From: Poseidonia sp.
GTDB lineage: Archaea; Thermoplasmatota; Poseidoniia; Poseidoniales; Poseidoniaceae
NCBI GenBank assembly: GCA_016778305.1
Contig: JADHPT010000001.1
Coordinates: 64,320-128,319, forward strand
Reading direction: 5' to 3'
Length of the DNA: 64,000 bases
The translations under genes and the position numbers were made by a program. This document shows positions 22,455 through 31,757 of this stretch, piece by piece; the first letter of the stretch is position 1; each line of letters opens with the position of its first letter. The notes beneath the pieces are model-generated. The model ran no database searches. It worked only from the letters and a program-made list of their open reading frames with translations, and was not told the DNA's origin.

Positions 22455-23417
22455 ATGGGAGCCTCCACAGTGATTCTCATTGCCGTCAATCAAGCAGATA
22501 TCGCCAGTCTCAACCAGGGTGAATCACTCCGCAACCTGTTGAAGTGGGATTTTCATCCCAATGTTGAGGGGCATCCAGCGTTTTCGCATCTTCATCTTCG
22601 TATGTGGTATCTACCAGACGGCCTCCTGTTCGAAGATTATCTTGATCGTCGTTGGACAGAAGCAACAGGAGAACTTGTTGGAGAGGTCATCTTTCCTTCA
22701 CGCCACGCAGCCACCAGCGGTCGTGCATCACTCACGCTTCACCCCATCGGTGTGCCTCATCTGCCTCAAGGTGAACAGGGGCCTTATGGTGGATTTGGAG
22801 GACAATCCCCTCCACCGAACCCACGTCTTGCTTCGTGGTGGAAATTATTGCTTGAGCGTGCACCAATGCATACCGAGGTTGAAGGCTTTGATCTATCGTT
22901 AGAAGTAACGCATCATGGCCCGTTTCTAAACGCACCAGCCCTCTTTATTGAAGTTGGTTCAACCGAGGCTACATGGGGCCACGAAGGCGCTGCGAATCTC
23001 TTGGCTGAACTTATCCGTGATGGATTATTGAGCCCAAATATCAATACCTGGTCGGATGTGAAAAAGAAAGGGGACCAAGTCGTACTTGTAACCCTCGGTG
23101 GTGGACATTATGCGCCACGAGCCAATGCACTTGCAGCCCTTGATAATGTCTGGTTAGGTCATATGTTGGCTTCTTATGCCCTGCCGTTTATACACGTTGA
23201 GGGTGGTGAACCGAAAGGTACGTGGAAGCAGGCCATCAACGATGCAATCACCTCAACACGCAAGGCATTTCCCGAGGGTGAAATTGTCGTCTCAATGGAC
23301 AAGAAGGCGTTCAAAGGTTGGCAACGTCAGGCCGTTCGCGAGCATCTTGAGGTTTTGAGGGTGCCATTGTTGACCACAAGGCAAATTAAATCACGCCTCG
23401 AAGGTACAGATGAATAA
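22455..23417 (+). CDS. dtdA: archaeal-type D-aminoacyl-tRNA deacylase (DtdA-like)
   Basis: LTLHPIGVPH...GPYGGFGG...PPPNPRL and the overall length resemble the DtdA (PF04414) family. Confidence 0.55.
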   Translation: MGASTVILIAVNQADIASLNQGESLRNLLKWDFHPNVEGHPAFSHLHLRMWYLPDGLLFEDYLDRRWTEATGELVGEVIFPSRHAATSGRASLTLHPIGVPHLPQGEQGPYGGFGGQSPPPNPRLASWWKLLLERAPMHTEVEGFDLSLEVTHHGPFLNAPALFIEVGSTEATWGHEGAANLLAELIRDGLLSPNINTWSDVKKKGDQVVLVTLGGGHYAPRANALAALDNVWLGHMLASYALPFIHVEGGEPKGTWKQAINDAITSTRKAFPEGEIVVSMDKKAFKGWQRQAVREHLEVLRVPLLTTRQIKSRLEGTDE

Positions 23418-23456
23418 GCACAAAGGGTCAAAGAGTGCCTATATGGTCGGTAGTTC

Positions 23457-24434
23457 ATGGTTGGGTGGTTCTCTCGGACCGTTGTTGCAGTAACCTTGCG
23501 AATGCCGAGATGGTTTGTTCGCTGGGTCAGTCGCCGTTATGTGGCAGGAGCAACCTTGGATGATGCAGTTACCATCATGAAACGCCTTTCATCAGAAGGT
23601 GCATGCTTCACCATCGATGTTCTGGGTGAAGAAATCTCTACATTGGATGAGGCTCAGTATTTTTTTGATGAATATGTTCGTGCCATCGAGGCTATACAAC
23701 AACATGGACTTGATGCCAATCTCAGCATCAAACCAACTGCTTTTGGCCTCCTCGTTGATGAAGAAGCCGGAATGAATAATATGCGTAAACTTGTGAAGAT
23801 GGCAGCAGAGCACGAAATGTTTGTTCGCTTGGATATGGAAGATCATCGGGTTACATCAGCTACCATCAAGGCCGTGGTCGATCTTCACAGCGAGGGTTTA
23901 ACCAATGTAGGGACCGTTCTTCAAGGTCGTTTATTCCGCAGTTTGGCCGATATTGACGCATTGGAAACCGAAATCGGTCCTCACGCAGATTACAGGATTT
24001 GCAAGGGAATATATCTCGAACCCGAAGAGATTTCCTTCACCTCGTACAAAGATATCGTTGATGCAACGAATGCTTGTGTGGATAAAATGCTTGAAGCAGG
24101 TGCATATGTGGGTATTGCGAGTCATGATTATCCGGTCATCGACCATGCTCTGGAGGCATTAGAATCACATAACCTTGGGCCTGGTAAAGAAGATACTCGC
24201 AACAATGCAGGCCCACCTCGCCTCAACAAAGGCCCCGGGTATGAATTTCAATTGCTTCTAGGTGTGCGTGGTCCGCTTCGAAGAAAGTTGTTGAAGCAGG
24301 GGCACCGTACTCGTGTTTACATCCCCTATGGAGAAAAGTGGTACGAATACAGTATTCGCCGTCTCAAAGAAAATCCAACGATTGGCACTCAGGTGGCCAA
24401 GGCATTCATGATGCCATGGACGAATAGGCCGTAA
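23457..24434 (+). CDS. proline dehydrogenase (PRODH family)
   Basis: RYVAGATLDDAV...IDVLGEE...EAQYF matches the proline dehydrogenase TIM-barrel N-terminal signature. The C-terminus carries YIPYGEKWYEYSIRRLKENP. Confidence 0.7.
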   Translation: MVGWFSRTVVAVTLRMPRWFVRWVSRRYVAGATLDDAVTIMKRLSSEGACFTIDVLGEEISTLDEAQYFFDEYVRAIEAIQQHGLDANLSIKPTAFGLLVDEEAGMNNMRKLVKMAAEHEMFVRLDMEDHRVTSATIKAVVDLHSEGLTNVGTVLQGRLFRSLADIDALETEIGPHADYRICKGIYLEPEEISFTSYKDIVDATNACVDKMLEAGAYVGIASHDYPVIDHALEALESHNLGPGKEDTRNNAGPPRLNKGPGYEFQLLLGVRGPLRRKLLKQGHRTRVYIPYGEKWYEYSIRRLKENPTIGTQVAKAFMMPWTNRP

Positions 24435-25229
24435 TCAGCGCCTTGGTTTCTTCTGCCTACGCTTTGTGGATGTGTTGGGGTTTACACCCTTCTTCACATG
24501 TTCCTTGGGTTGAATTGGGTTAGGATTGAAGCCAAGTTTACCTTCTTTCCATGCTTGTCGTCGTTCTCGAGGTGTTCGAGGTGCAAAGTGTTCCTCATTG
24601 GGAGGTTCATGAAGATACATTCGCTTGATATCAGGTGCTTTGACCGTGCCGCGGAGTGTTCGACCAGCACCTGTATGGATGGCACGAATCCTCCAAGTTT
24701 CTCCTTTATGATCAATCAACTTAGAGGCGGTAAAGGTCGTATCTTGTGTGACCAAAATGACATCCGGTTGGGAATCTTCACCGCGGGTCAGGGTCAGTTT
24801 CACTCGGACCATGTCCGTGCGGATGGCGGTAATCCTGACGATGTTGGTTGCATAACCTGAATTGTGGTGTTTTCCGTCAGCATCTTCGAGTTGGTGAACT
24901 CGCCACAGTTTTTCATTCTCTTCAAATACATCATTCAGATGAAACTCCTCATCGGCATCTATGACCAGAACCACTCGTTCGGAATGGGGCCCATCGGTCA
25001 GGATGAATGGGATCTTCACAGGCGCAGGCGGTCTGAATTCAACCGTGTGGACGTGATGGCATGTTTCGCATTGTACCTTAAAATCAACACCGTTTCCAAC
25101 AGACTTCTCGTGAAGGATTTGATGACCCTGCATCTCATCACAAGCGGGGCAATGGGTGGCATTGTCCAGGACTTCTTCGTCCTCTTCCCACGCATCTTCT
25201 TCATCCATAGGTGATTCCCTCGTTTGCAA
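24435..25229 (-). CDS. hypothetical protein with an acidic N-terminus, a CPxC...CxxCHH zinc ribbon and a lysine/arginine-rich C-terminus
   Basis: MQTRESPMDEEDAWEEDEE..HCPACDE...VQCETCHHVH; C-terminal KGVNPNTSTKRRQKKPRR. Confidence 0.5.
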   Translation of the reverse strand: MQTRESPMDEEDAWEEDEEVLDNATHCPACDEMQGHQILHEKSVGNGVDFKVQCETCHHVHTVEFRPPAPVKIPFILTDGPHSERVVLVIDADEEFHLNDVFEENEKLWRVHQLEDADGKHHNSGYATNIVRITAIRTDMVRVKLTLTRGEDSQPDVILVTQDTTFTASKLIDHKGETWRIRAIHTGAGRTLRGTVKAPDIKRMYLHEPPNEEHFAPRTPRERRQAWKEGKLGFNPNPIQPKEHVKKGVNPNTSTKRRQKKPRR

Positions 25230-25308
25230 GGCACGGCCACCATCGTTTGAACCCTCCGTTGTTGATGGCGGTACGAGCCTTCAAGATACTGGGCGCTGAC
25301 GAAAGTAC

Positions 25309-26043
25309 ATGGCCAGTGAAGATGCCGAAGTGGAACGCTCAGATATTCTCACCCATTTGATGGCCAAAGATGGCCAACAACCTCGTCATGAGCCTGAAAT
25401 TGCAGCGAACATCGGTCAGCAACTTCAGCACATGGGATTGACGACCTGGTCCATTTCTATTCATCGAAGGCTGCGTGATGCCTTGGTTCGCCTTGCACCT
25501 CAATCCGTACTTGAAGTAGGTGCGAGCATTGGACATCGAACCGCTTGGCTTCTCGATGCTTTTGAACGTGAACAAGTCCCTAAGCATCTCACGCTGGTTG
25601 AACAAGGCGCAAAATTTGGTGTGATTCTTCATCGTCTCGTGACTCGATACGACGCCTTGAATTGGACCGACATCGTCGTAGGTGAGCCCTTGCAACTTGC
25701 AGCAGACCACGCAGCATGGTCAATAGCCACCACCATCTCTACAGAACTTTCAGAGACGAAATTCCAATCTTCATACGATGCGATCATCATCGACGGGCCA
25801 TCACCCAATCGTGCGGAACTCGTGAAGACCTACCTGCCTATGCTCTCTGCGAATGGGGTCCTCTTTACCAAAGAACCAGACATGCCAACAGGTGAAGTTG
25901 ATGCAGATGATGAACAGGGAATGGCTCTTGTCAATGGATTCAATGCTTGGATGGATTTGATTCGTCAGACCCAAGTCACACACCACGTGGCCTTCATGCC
26001 GCTCTTTGGTGGAACCCTTGTGGCTTGGTTGCCTATGTCATGA
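25309..26043 (+). CDS. class I SAM-dependent O-methyltransferase (family 3, YrrM/caffeoyl-CoA OMT-like)
   Basis: VLEVGASIGHRTAWL (SAM motif I), DAIIIDGPSPN and NGVLFT match the O-methyltransferase 3 topology. Confidence 0.6.
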   Translation: MASEDAEVERSDILTHLMAKDGQQPRHEPEIAANIGQQLQHMGLTTWSISIHRRLRDALVRLAPQSVLEVGASIGHRTAWLLDAFEREQVPKHLTLVEQGAKFGVILHRLVTRYDALNWTDIVVGEPLQLAADHAAWSIATTISTELSETKFQSSYDAIIIDGPSPNRAELVKTYLPMLSANGVLFTKEPDMPTGEVDADDEQGMALVNGFNAWMDLIRQTQVTHHVAFMPLFGGTLVAWLPMS

Positions 26044-27228
26044 ACTTTCGGCTTGTGCCAATAATGCCTGAATGTTGAGCATGCCGTAGCCATACTTGTC
26101 ATCGTGCCCGGTTTGATCCTCTCCCGGTACGGCACTTTCCATAAGCCAATTTTTGACTGTATTGACGGTATCACTCGAACCCGTTTCATTGGCACGTAAT
26201 TCAGGATTCTGCTGCAGAAGAAGAGCCAAAGCTCCCGTCACATATACCGTAGCGGCACTGGTCCCATCGGCAAGGCCCCAGCCACCATCCTTGGTGAGTA
26301 CTGGGACGGCTTGGGCAGGGGCAACAATCTCAGGCTTTTGATTCGGGTCGCCGCGAGGTAGAATGATTGGGAGCGGTAAGATTCGGCCGTTATTATCTCC
26401 CTCAGAAGAACCAGACCATGATGTTCCGGAGAGTGTTACGCCACCCACTGAAATGACTTGTTGTTCACTGGATGGATGGGCAACATCTCCATCATCGTCA
26501 GGTCCTCCATCATTTCCTGCGGCTGCAACAACATAGATGCCAGCATCAATTGCCTCATTGGAGGCATCTCCTGAATTCCGTCCCGAACCCAGATTGAACG
26601 GTAAGACATCGGGTGCTCCACCTAGTGAGAGAGAGATAATGTGGGCACCGTTGCTAACACACCAGTCGATGGCCTCTGCAACCATCCCGTCATCTCCACT
26701 TCCGTCACTCCCAAGAGCCTTAGCCACAAGAAGGTCGACATCATTGGCAACACCTTTCATCCATCCATTGGCAACAAGAATGCCAGCCATTGAAGTGCCG
26801 TGCCCGTGGTCATCGTAAGGATCTGCTCGATCGTTGACAAAATCCTTCCAACCAGCCAATTGTAGCTCGCTAAAATCACTGTGTCCCATTGATATGCCCG
26901 AATCTACGATGCAAACGGTGACGTCTGGGGCGGCTGAGCCGCTTCCAGGTACATTCACAAGATCGTTGTAGTCCGAATGGCGTTCAAGTGCCATTTCACT
27001 GGGCCGCAGCAGGATCGCACCATCCGTCATGACAACTGCGACGAGGTATCCTGCTGCCAGAATCATCGTGATACCAAGTGTGAACGATACAATACGGCGT
27101 ATCATACGCATGTCATCCCCCACCGTCACATGACCCCCAGCAACGCTTACGGTGGCTTCAGGTGCAACATCCACGGCAACACTTGCAATTTCATCTACAG
27201 GCATCTTCTCATCCCAAGGTATGAACAA
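26038..27228 (-). CDS. S8 subtilisin-like serine peptidase (halolysin-like) with an N-terminal membrane anchor
   Basis: Catalytic triad motifs VCIVDSGI (Asp), HGHGTSMAGI (His) and GTSAATVYVTGALALL (Ser). An N-terminal hydrophobic segment is present. Confidence 0.8.
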   Translation of the reverse strand: MFIPWDEKMPVDEIASVAVDVAPEATVSVAGGHVTVGDDMRMIRRIVSFTLGITMILAAGYLVAVVMTDGAILLRPSEMALERHSDYNDLVNVPGSGSAAPDVTVCIVDSGISMGHSDFSELQLAGWKDFVNDRADPYDDHGHGTSMAGILVANGWMKGVANDVDLLVAKALGSDGSGDDGMVAEAIDWCVSNGAHIISLSLGGAPDVLPFNLGSGRNSGDASNEAIDAGIYVVAAAGNDGGPDDDGDVAHPSSEQQVISVGGVTLSGTSWSGSSEGDNNGRILPLPIILPRGDPNQKPEIVAPAQAVPVLTKDGGWGLADGTSAATVYVTGALALLLQQNPELRANETGSSDTVNTVKNWLMESAVPGEDQTGHDDKYGYGMLNIQALLAQAESS

Positions 27229-28489
27229 TTTCAGTCAGAGTATCTACGAAGCGTTTGACGTCCTCTTCGGTATTGTAGAAGTATGCGGATGCACGGAGCG
27301 ACCCTTGAGGTAATCCTTTGTCCGCAAACCAAGAATGAACACAGTGTTGTCCGCTTCGAACCATGACTCCAGCGGCTTCATCAAGAAGCAGTGCAACATC
27401 ATGAGTCGGAAGTTCATCCAAGAGAATTGAACAAATTCCTCCACGTTGTGTAGCATCTTCGGGTCCGATGATTTCCAAACCAGCGATATCCTTCACTCCT
27501 TTCGTCATGATCTTATTGAGCTTGATCTCATGTTGATGCACGGCGTTCATGTCAAGTGTCGTGAGGTATTCAACGGCTGCGCCGGTGGCGACCATGCCTG
27601 AAAAATTCCCAAGTCCACCTTCAAATCGTGCTGGAGGTTGAGCCCAACTGGCTTCGGTGTATGTTGACGAAGTCACAGTTTGTCCGCCGGATTGAATGGT
27701 TCTCAGGTCGTCTAATAAGTCGTAACGCCCCCAAAGGCCACCCATACCGGAAGGTCCACACATTTTGTGAATGGAGAATGAAAGGAAATCAATACCAAGT
27801 TCTTGTACGTCTACATTCATGTGAGGAGTTGATTGGGCTCCATCTACCGAGACAAGGGCATCAAAGTCATGAGCGATTTTCGCGATTTCTTGGATTGGTA
27901 TTGATACGCCGTCAAGGTTGCCCACGTGACTCATGGAGACCATTCGCAAGTTCGAACCAGCCTCCTTACATGATTCCTCAAAGGCTTCGAGATCGAAGGT
28001 ATTATTTTCATGACTCTTGACTACTCTGTGGTCAATACCACGTTCTTGTTCAAGTTGAAGCCACGGGACTAAATTGGAGTTGTGTTCTCGGTCTGTAGTG
28101 AGGACAACATCTCCCTTATTCCAGCTCATTCCATGCGCGATTTGGTTGAGTGAATGGGTCGCATTTCTTGTGAATACGATCTCATTTGTTGATTCAGCGT
28201 TAATGAATGCAGCAAGACCTTTCCTCGCATCCCTCACTCCTTTTGATACAGCCGTTCCATAGCGATGCACTGAACGGCCTCCACAGCCAGGTGTTTCGGT
28301 GTAATATCGGTGAATGCTATCAATCACAGACTGGGGTTTCAACGTGACGCAGGCATTGTCCAAATAGGCTGGTGCATCGCTACTACGAAGCGTTGGAAAA
28401 TCTTCTCGCATTGTCTTAAAATCCATCACCACACATCCTGATCTGGGAAGTAATCGAGCGCTGGTGCATTGACTCCACAGGCCTTGCAT
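27209..28489 (-). CDS. sufS: cysteine desulfurase, SufS/CsdA group
   Basis: HKMCGPSGMGGLWGR (PLP-Lys and catalytic Cys loop) and the N-terminal REDFPTL. The probable start is MDFKTMREDFP near 28423 rather than 28489. It overlaps the downstream S8 peptidase gene by 20 nt. Confidence 0.8.
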   Translation of the reverse strand: MQGLWSQCTSARLLPRSGCVVMDFKTMREDFPTLRSSDAPAYLDNACVTLKPQSVIDSIHRYYTETPGCGGRSVHRYGTAVSKGVRDARKGLAAFINAESTNEIVFTRNATHSLNQIAHGMSWNKGDVVLTTDREHNSNLVPWLQLEQERGIDHRVVKSHENNTFDLEAFEESCKEAGSNLRMVSMSHVGNLDGVSIPIQEIAKIAHDFDALVSVDGAQSTPHMNVDVQELGIDFLSFSIHKMCGPSGMGGLWGRYDLLDDLRTIQSGGQTVTSSTYTEASWAQPPARFEGGLGNFSGMVATGAAVEYLTTLDMNAVHQHEIKLNKIMTKGVKDIAGLEIIGPEDATQRGGICSILLDELPTHDVALLLDEAAGVMVRSGQHCVHSWFADKGLPQGSLRASAYFYNTEEDVKRFVDTLTEIVHTLG

Positions 28490-29556
28490 TCCAGCCGACT
28501 GGGCATCTTGGTGTCACAGGTCGCACACGCCATACCGATAGCGACCATGGTTGAGCACCCCGTATTGTGGCATGGATGGACAAGTGCTCCAGACGCTTCC
28601 CTTGCCAGCAATGAAGGTTCTGAACACTCAGGACACATGGCTTTCACGACAGTGTTCCTAGGTTCTCCTTCCATTTCAATGGCTGCATCCAGTGCGGCAC
28701 GGGTTCTGACTCTCGCTTGGTTTCCGAGCATGCGTTGGGGGTACCAGAGGATGAAGAAAAACAAGGGCATGGAAATAGATCCGCTTAGCAGATGCACGAT
28801 AAGGTATCCATAATTTTCATCACCGTAGGACGAAATGTGGCGGGTACCTGTCCATGATGCGATTATAATCAACGCAATCCAAACTCCAAATATTGCTGTC
28901 CATCCTTTCAATGAATGTTCTGCCATCTCAATTTCCATCATGCGCACGTCTTCATGCAAATGGTTGATTTCAACATGGAGGTCACGAGTTTCAATGACCG
29001 CTTTCCAGAAGAAAAACAAGAAGAAAAAGACGACCAAGATGATCAATGTCCCTTCCATCATTTCTGATAAATTGAGGCCAGAAGGAAATGCGGAATTATT
29101 TCGCTGGAAGAAAATTTGAGATACCATCAAACCATTCCACATCACGAGGAGGGAAATTGCATGAACTCGCATCACCGGGAAGAGTGTCCATGCTTGGTAC
29201 ACAAACCAAGCCCACAGGAGGATTGAAAGGAGAATTTGGAAGAATTGAAATCCACTGACTGCTAAAATGCCATCGACTCCGGATATCGTTGCATCCCCTC
29301 CACCCCATAATTCGGGGGATATCGATCCTAAACAGAAGGCCAGCATCCCAAAAAGAAGGGCTGAAACATGCTGTTTCTTCCAGTCGTTTCTCAATAAATT
29401 GAATTGGAAATACCATTCACGAACGATCGTATTGACTTCATTTGCAAGTGGGTACCTCTGGGGAATAGCAAAGGCAAACTCCATCTCAGCCATCCGAAAT
29501 GGTAGATTGGTGTGTCGGCGACCGCCGAGGTCGCCTTCAACCGTCTCCTCGGCCAT
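28426..29556 (-). CDS. hypothetical polytopic membrane protein with a C-terminal Cys-rich (zinc-ribbon-like) cytoplasmic domain
   Basis: Multiple hydrophobic helices; C-terminal CPECSEP...CHNTGC...CATCDTK...CKACG. Confidence 0.5.
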   Translation of the reverse strand: MAEETVEGDLGGRRHTNLPFRMAEMEFAFAIPQRYPLANEVNTIVREWYFQFNLLRNDWKKQHVSALLFGMLAFCLGSISPELWGGGDATISGVDGILAVSGFQFFQILLSILLWAWFVYQAWTLFPVMRVHAISLLVMWNGLMVSQIFFQRNNSAFPSGLNLSEMMEGTLIILVVFFFLFFFWKAVIETRDLHVEINHLHEDVRMMEIEMAEHSLKGWTAIFGVWIALIIIASWTGTRHISSYGDENYGYLIVHLLSGSISMPLFFFILWYPQRMLGNQARVRTRAALDAAIEMEGEPRNTVVKAMCPECSEPSLLAREASGALVHPCHNTGCSTMVAIGMACATCDTKMPSRLECKACGVNAPALDYFPDQDVW

Positions 29557-29663
29557 GGTTCACGCTGGGTGTTGCCCCTTTGAGTCCTTCCGCCTGTTAG
29601 GCTTGGAATGATTCAACTTCAAGCGTGACGGTTAAACGAAGGAGGGGGCTCGGCGGGATAAGA

Positions 29664-29749
29664 GCCGAGATCGCATAGCCTGGTAGTGCGCGCGACTGGA
29701 AATCGCGTGGGCCTGTCCCTCGGGAGTTCAAATCTCTCTCTCGGCGCCA
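29664..29749 (+). tRNA. tRNA-Ser (anticodon GGA), class II with a long variable arm, CCA encoded
   Basis: Hand fold: acceptor GCCGAGA/TCTCGGC, anticodon stem CGCGA/TCGCG with loop CTGGAAA, variable arm GGG-CCTGT-CCC, T-arm GGGAG-TTCAAAT-CTCTC, discriminator G, then CCA. Confidence 0.75.
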
Positions 29750-29778
29750 CAACCACAACCTCCATGACATGATGAAAG

Positions 29779-31326
29779 TTGGTGCATCTCATGGAGCAGG
29801 AAGAAAACGTCAACCACCGGCGGTGGGGGATTGTCTTTGTTCTCGGAATCTTTCTTCACGTGTACGCTGCTTTTCATAGCGACCTTGGCTTGGATTCACA
29901 CGTCCGACTTAACGCATTGAACGATGAGTCGTCCAATGGTCAAGTTTTATCTTGGGGCTCACCGCGCATCAGCGATTCATCCAGCACGAACTCCAGTGCT
30001 GTTTACGACGGTTACATCCCGCCTTGGAACACCAGCGAGGCTGCGATGAAAATCACGGCCATCGCCTCCTTGGTATTGGTCGCCTTTGTTGTTTCTTGCC
30101 GAAGACAGGATGAATCTTCAACCGTTCGTATTGAACCGTTATGGGGGGCTTTGCTAATGATGAGTCCGGTTCTCATGTTTTCGACCAGCAGAGGATACGA
30201 TGAGGCACCGCTTGCCCTTCTGATGGGGCTTGGCGTGGTTGGATTTTGGTTCAATCGGGGTGAATCCATAGCCCACCAGCGACTCAACGGTCTACTCATG
30301 GCCACCTCGGTGTTGTTGGTTATGGTGTGGAAAGGATTCCCCCCTGTTTCCTCGCTCACGGCTTGGTTGGTAATGGTCCTCCTCACCGAGGCTTGGGTTG
30401 GGTTGCATCGCTCGGGTTCGTACACCGGTGAAGATCAACTTCTAGGTAACCCTTGGTCAGTGGGAATGTTGGCGTTCTTCGTGGTGTACTTTGGTGTGAT
30501 ATTTGTTGGGCTCATGTCCTCAACAGGCACCTTCTCAATCATTGGCGAAGAACCGCTCAACTTCGTCATCGCTTCGGTTTTTGCCGTGATTGATGCGGCG
30601 GTTTTGTATTTGTTGTTGGGATGCCTACTTTGGCCGTTCTTTGTGACTCGATGGAGACGTTTGCGGTCAGCCCGTGGACCCGGTTTGACCATGCTCGTGG
30701 TCTACATCAGTGCTCTCTCGGCCGGACTGGTTGCGTATATCGCTTCCCTCTGGACGTTAGAGGCGTCGCTCTGGAATATGAGTTTGGCCAACACCATGAT
30801 GGTATTGGGCAATAACGGCAGGTACGCCACCTTGCTCCTGATACCGGTAGCGGCGTTACTACGCTGGGATGATTTAACCGACAGCAACGAGCCTCTAAAA
30901 GAAACAAATTATTCACTTCGCGCCGTTGTTCTTGTTCTACCCTTCCTTTTGTTCACCACTCTGGTTGGCCATCAAATTTGGTCCGAGGACGCAGGTGAAC
31001 TCTTGTTTCAATCGTGGGATGAGGATGACGATACTGTGCTACTCGTTGCACAAGAATCGATGGCAATCCACCATTTGTATGTCCTCAAAACGAATCTGGA
31101 CCCCGACGGGGCAACGGGTGCCAAAGGTCTGTGGGTGACTCCAGATGATGCAATGGATTTAATCGAGCAACATCCGGCTACGATTGATTATGTCCTGCTC
31201 GCACCTGGAACGACGGTAGATGCTAATCTCTCATCGTGGGTTTTGATTGATTCACAAGAGGTTCCAGTCTCAGTACCAGGTGGTATACAGAGTGGCGCAT
31301 GGTCACTATACCGTCTATCGGTGTAA
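29779..31326 (+). CDS. hypothetical polytopic membrane protein (possibly a GT-C-fold glycosyltransferase-like protein) with a C-terminal soluble domain
   Basis: More than 10 predicted TM helices in the first ~400 aa, followed by an acidic soluble domain; the family assignment is speculative. Confidence 0.45.
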   Translation: MVHLMEQEENVNHRRWGIVFVLGIFLHVYAAFHSDLGLDSHVRLNALNDESSNGQVLSWGSPRISDSSSTNSSAVYDGYIPPWNTSEAAMKITAIASLVLVAFVVSCRRQDESSTVRIEPLWGALLMMSPVLMFSTSRGYDEAPLALLMGLGVVGFWFNRGESIAHQRLNGLLMATSVLLVMVWKGFPPVSSLTAWLVMVLLTEAWVGLHRSGSYTGEDQLLGNPWSVGMLAFFVVYFGVIFVGLMSSTGTFSIIGEEPLNFVIASVFAVIDAAVLYLLLGCLLWPFFVTRWRRLRSARGPGLTMLVVYISALSAGLVAYIASLWTLEASLWNMSLANTMMVLGNNGRYATLLLIPVAALLRWDDLTDSNEPLKETNYSLRAVVLVLPFLLFTTLVGHQIWSEDAGELLFQSWDEDDDTVLLVAQESMAIHHLYVLKTNLDPDGATGAKGLWVTPDDAMDLIEQHPATIDYVLLAPGTTVDANLSSWVLIDSQEVPVSVPGGIQSGAWSLYRLSV

Positions 31327-31339
31327 TGACTTGATTCGC

Positions 31340-31355
31340 GAAGCGGTTATATCCG
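31340..31355 (+). promoter_or_regulatory. candidate BRE/TATA promoter for tRNA-Thr
   Basis: aagcGGTTATATcc is centred about 27 nt upstream of the tRNA 5' end. Confidence 0.35.
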
Positions 31356-31377
31356 TTTGGCTGGTGGGGCGACCATT

Positions 31378-31452
31378 GCCACCGTGGCTTAGGGGTATAG
31401 CACCTCATTGGTAATGAGGAGGTCGCGAGTTCAAATCTCGCCGGTGGCTCCA
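31378..31452 (+). tRNA. tRNA-Thr (anticodon GGU), CCA encoded
   Basis: Hand fold: acceptor GCCACCG/CGGTGGC, anticodon stem CCTCA/TGAGG with loop TTGGTAA, T-arm GCGAG-TTCAAAT-CTCGC, discriminator T, then CCA. A T-rich tract follows. Confidence 0.8.
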
Positions 31453-31565
31453 TTCTTCGCAAGCTTTGCAAGGTCTGAAAATACCCTTTCCTTCCTTGAA
31501 AATACCTCAATGTATAAGAGGTGATTTGGGTAAATTCGCAGTGAGAAGGCAACTTCTCAGATGGG

Positions 31566-31757
31566 ATGCACATGCAGCGAGAGCAAGAAAAAACAGCAGA
31601 AATGCAAAAGAGAGTTAAGGATTTACAACACCAAGTTGACGAATTGAAAGAATTGGTCAACACCTTGTTGAGCGTTATCGTCGAAGAGCCAGACGGGGTA
31701 CATTCAGGTGCTGCACCAACAATTCCTGGTCACGGACTCAATCAAGTCTGCATGTGA
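31566..31757 (+). CDS. hypothetical small coiled-coil protein (63 aa)
   Basis: ORF MHMQREQEKTAEMQKRVKDLQHQVDELKELV...; TATA-like tgtataag lies about 50 nt upstream. Support is weak. Confidence 0.3.
   Translation: MHMQREQEKTAEMQKRVKDLQHQVDELKELVNTLLSVIVEEPDGVHSGAAPTIPGHGLNQVCM

Noticed and set aside
29557-31460. Integrated mobile element bounded by the two tRNA genes
   Set aside because: No integrase, transposase or recombinase ORF and no obvious direct repeat of a tRNA 3' end. The single enclosed gene is an ordinary-looking membrane protein.
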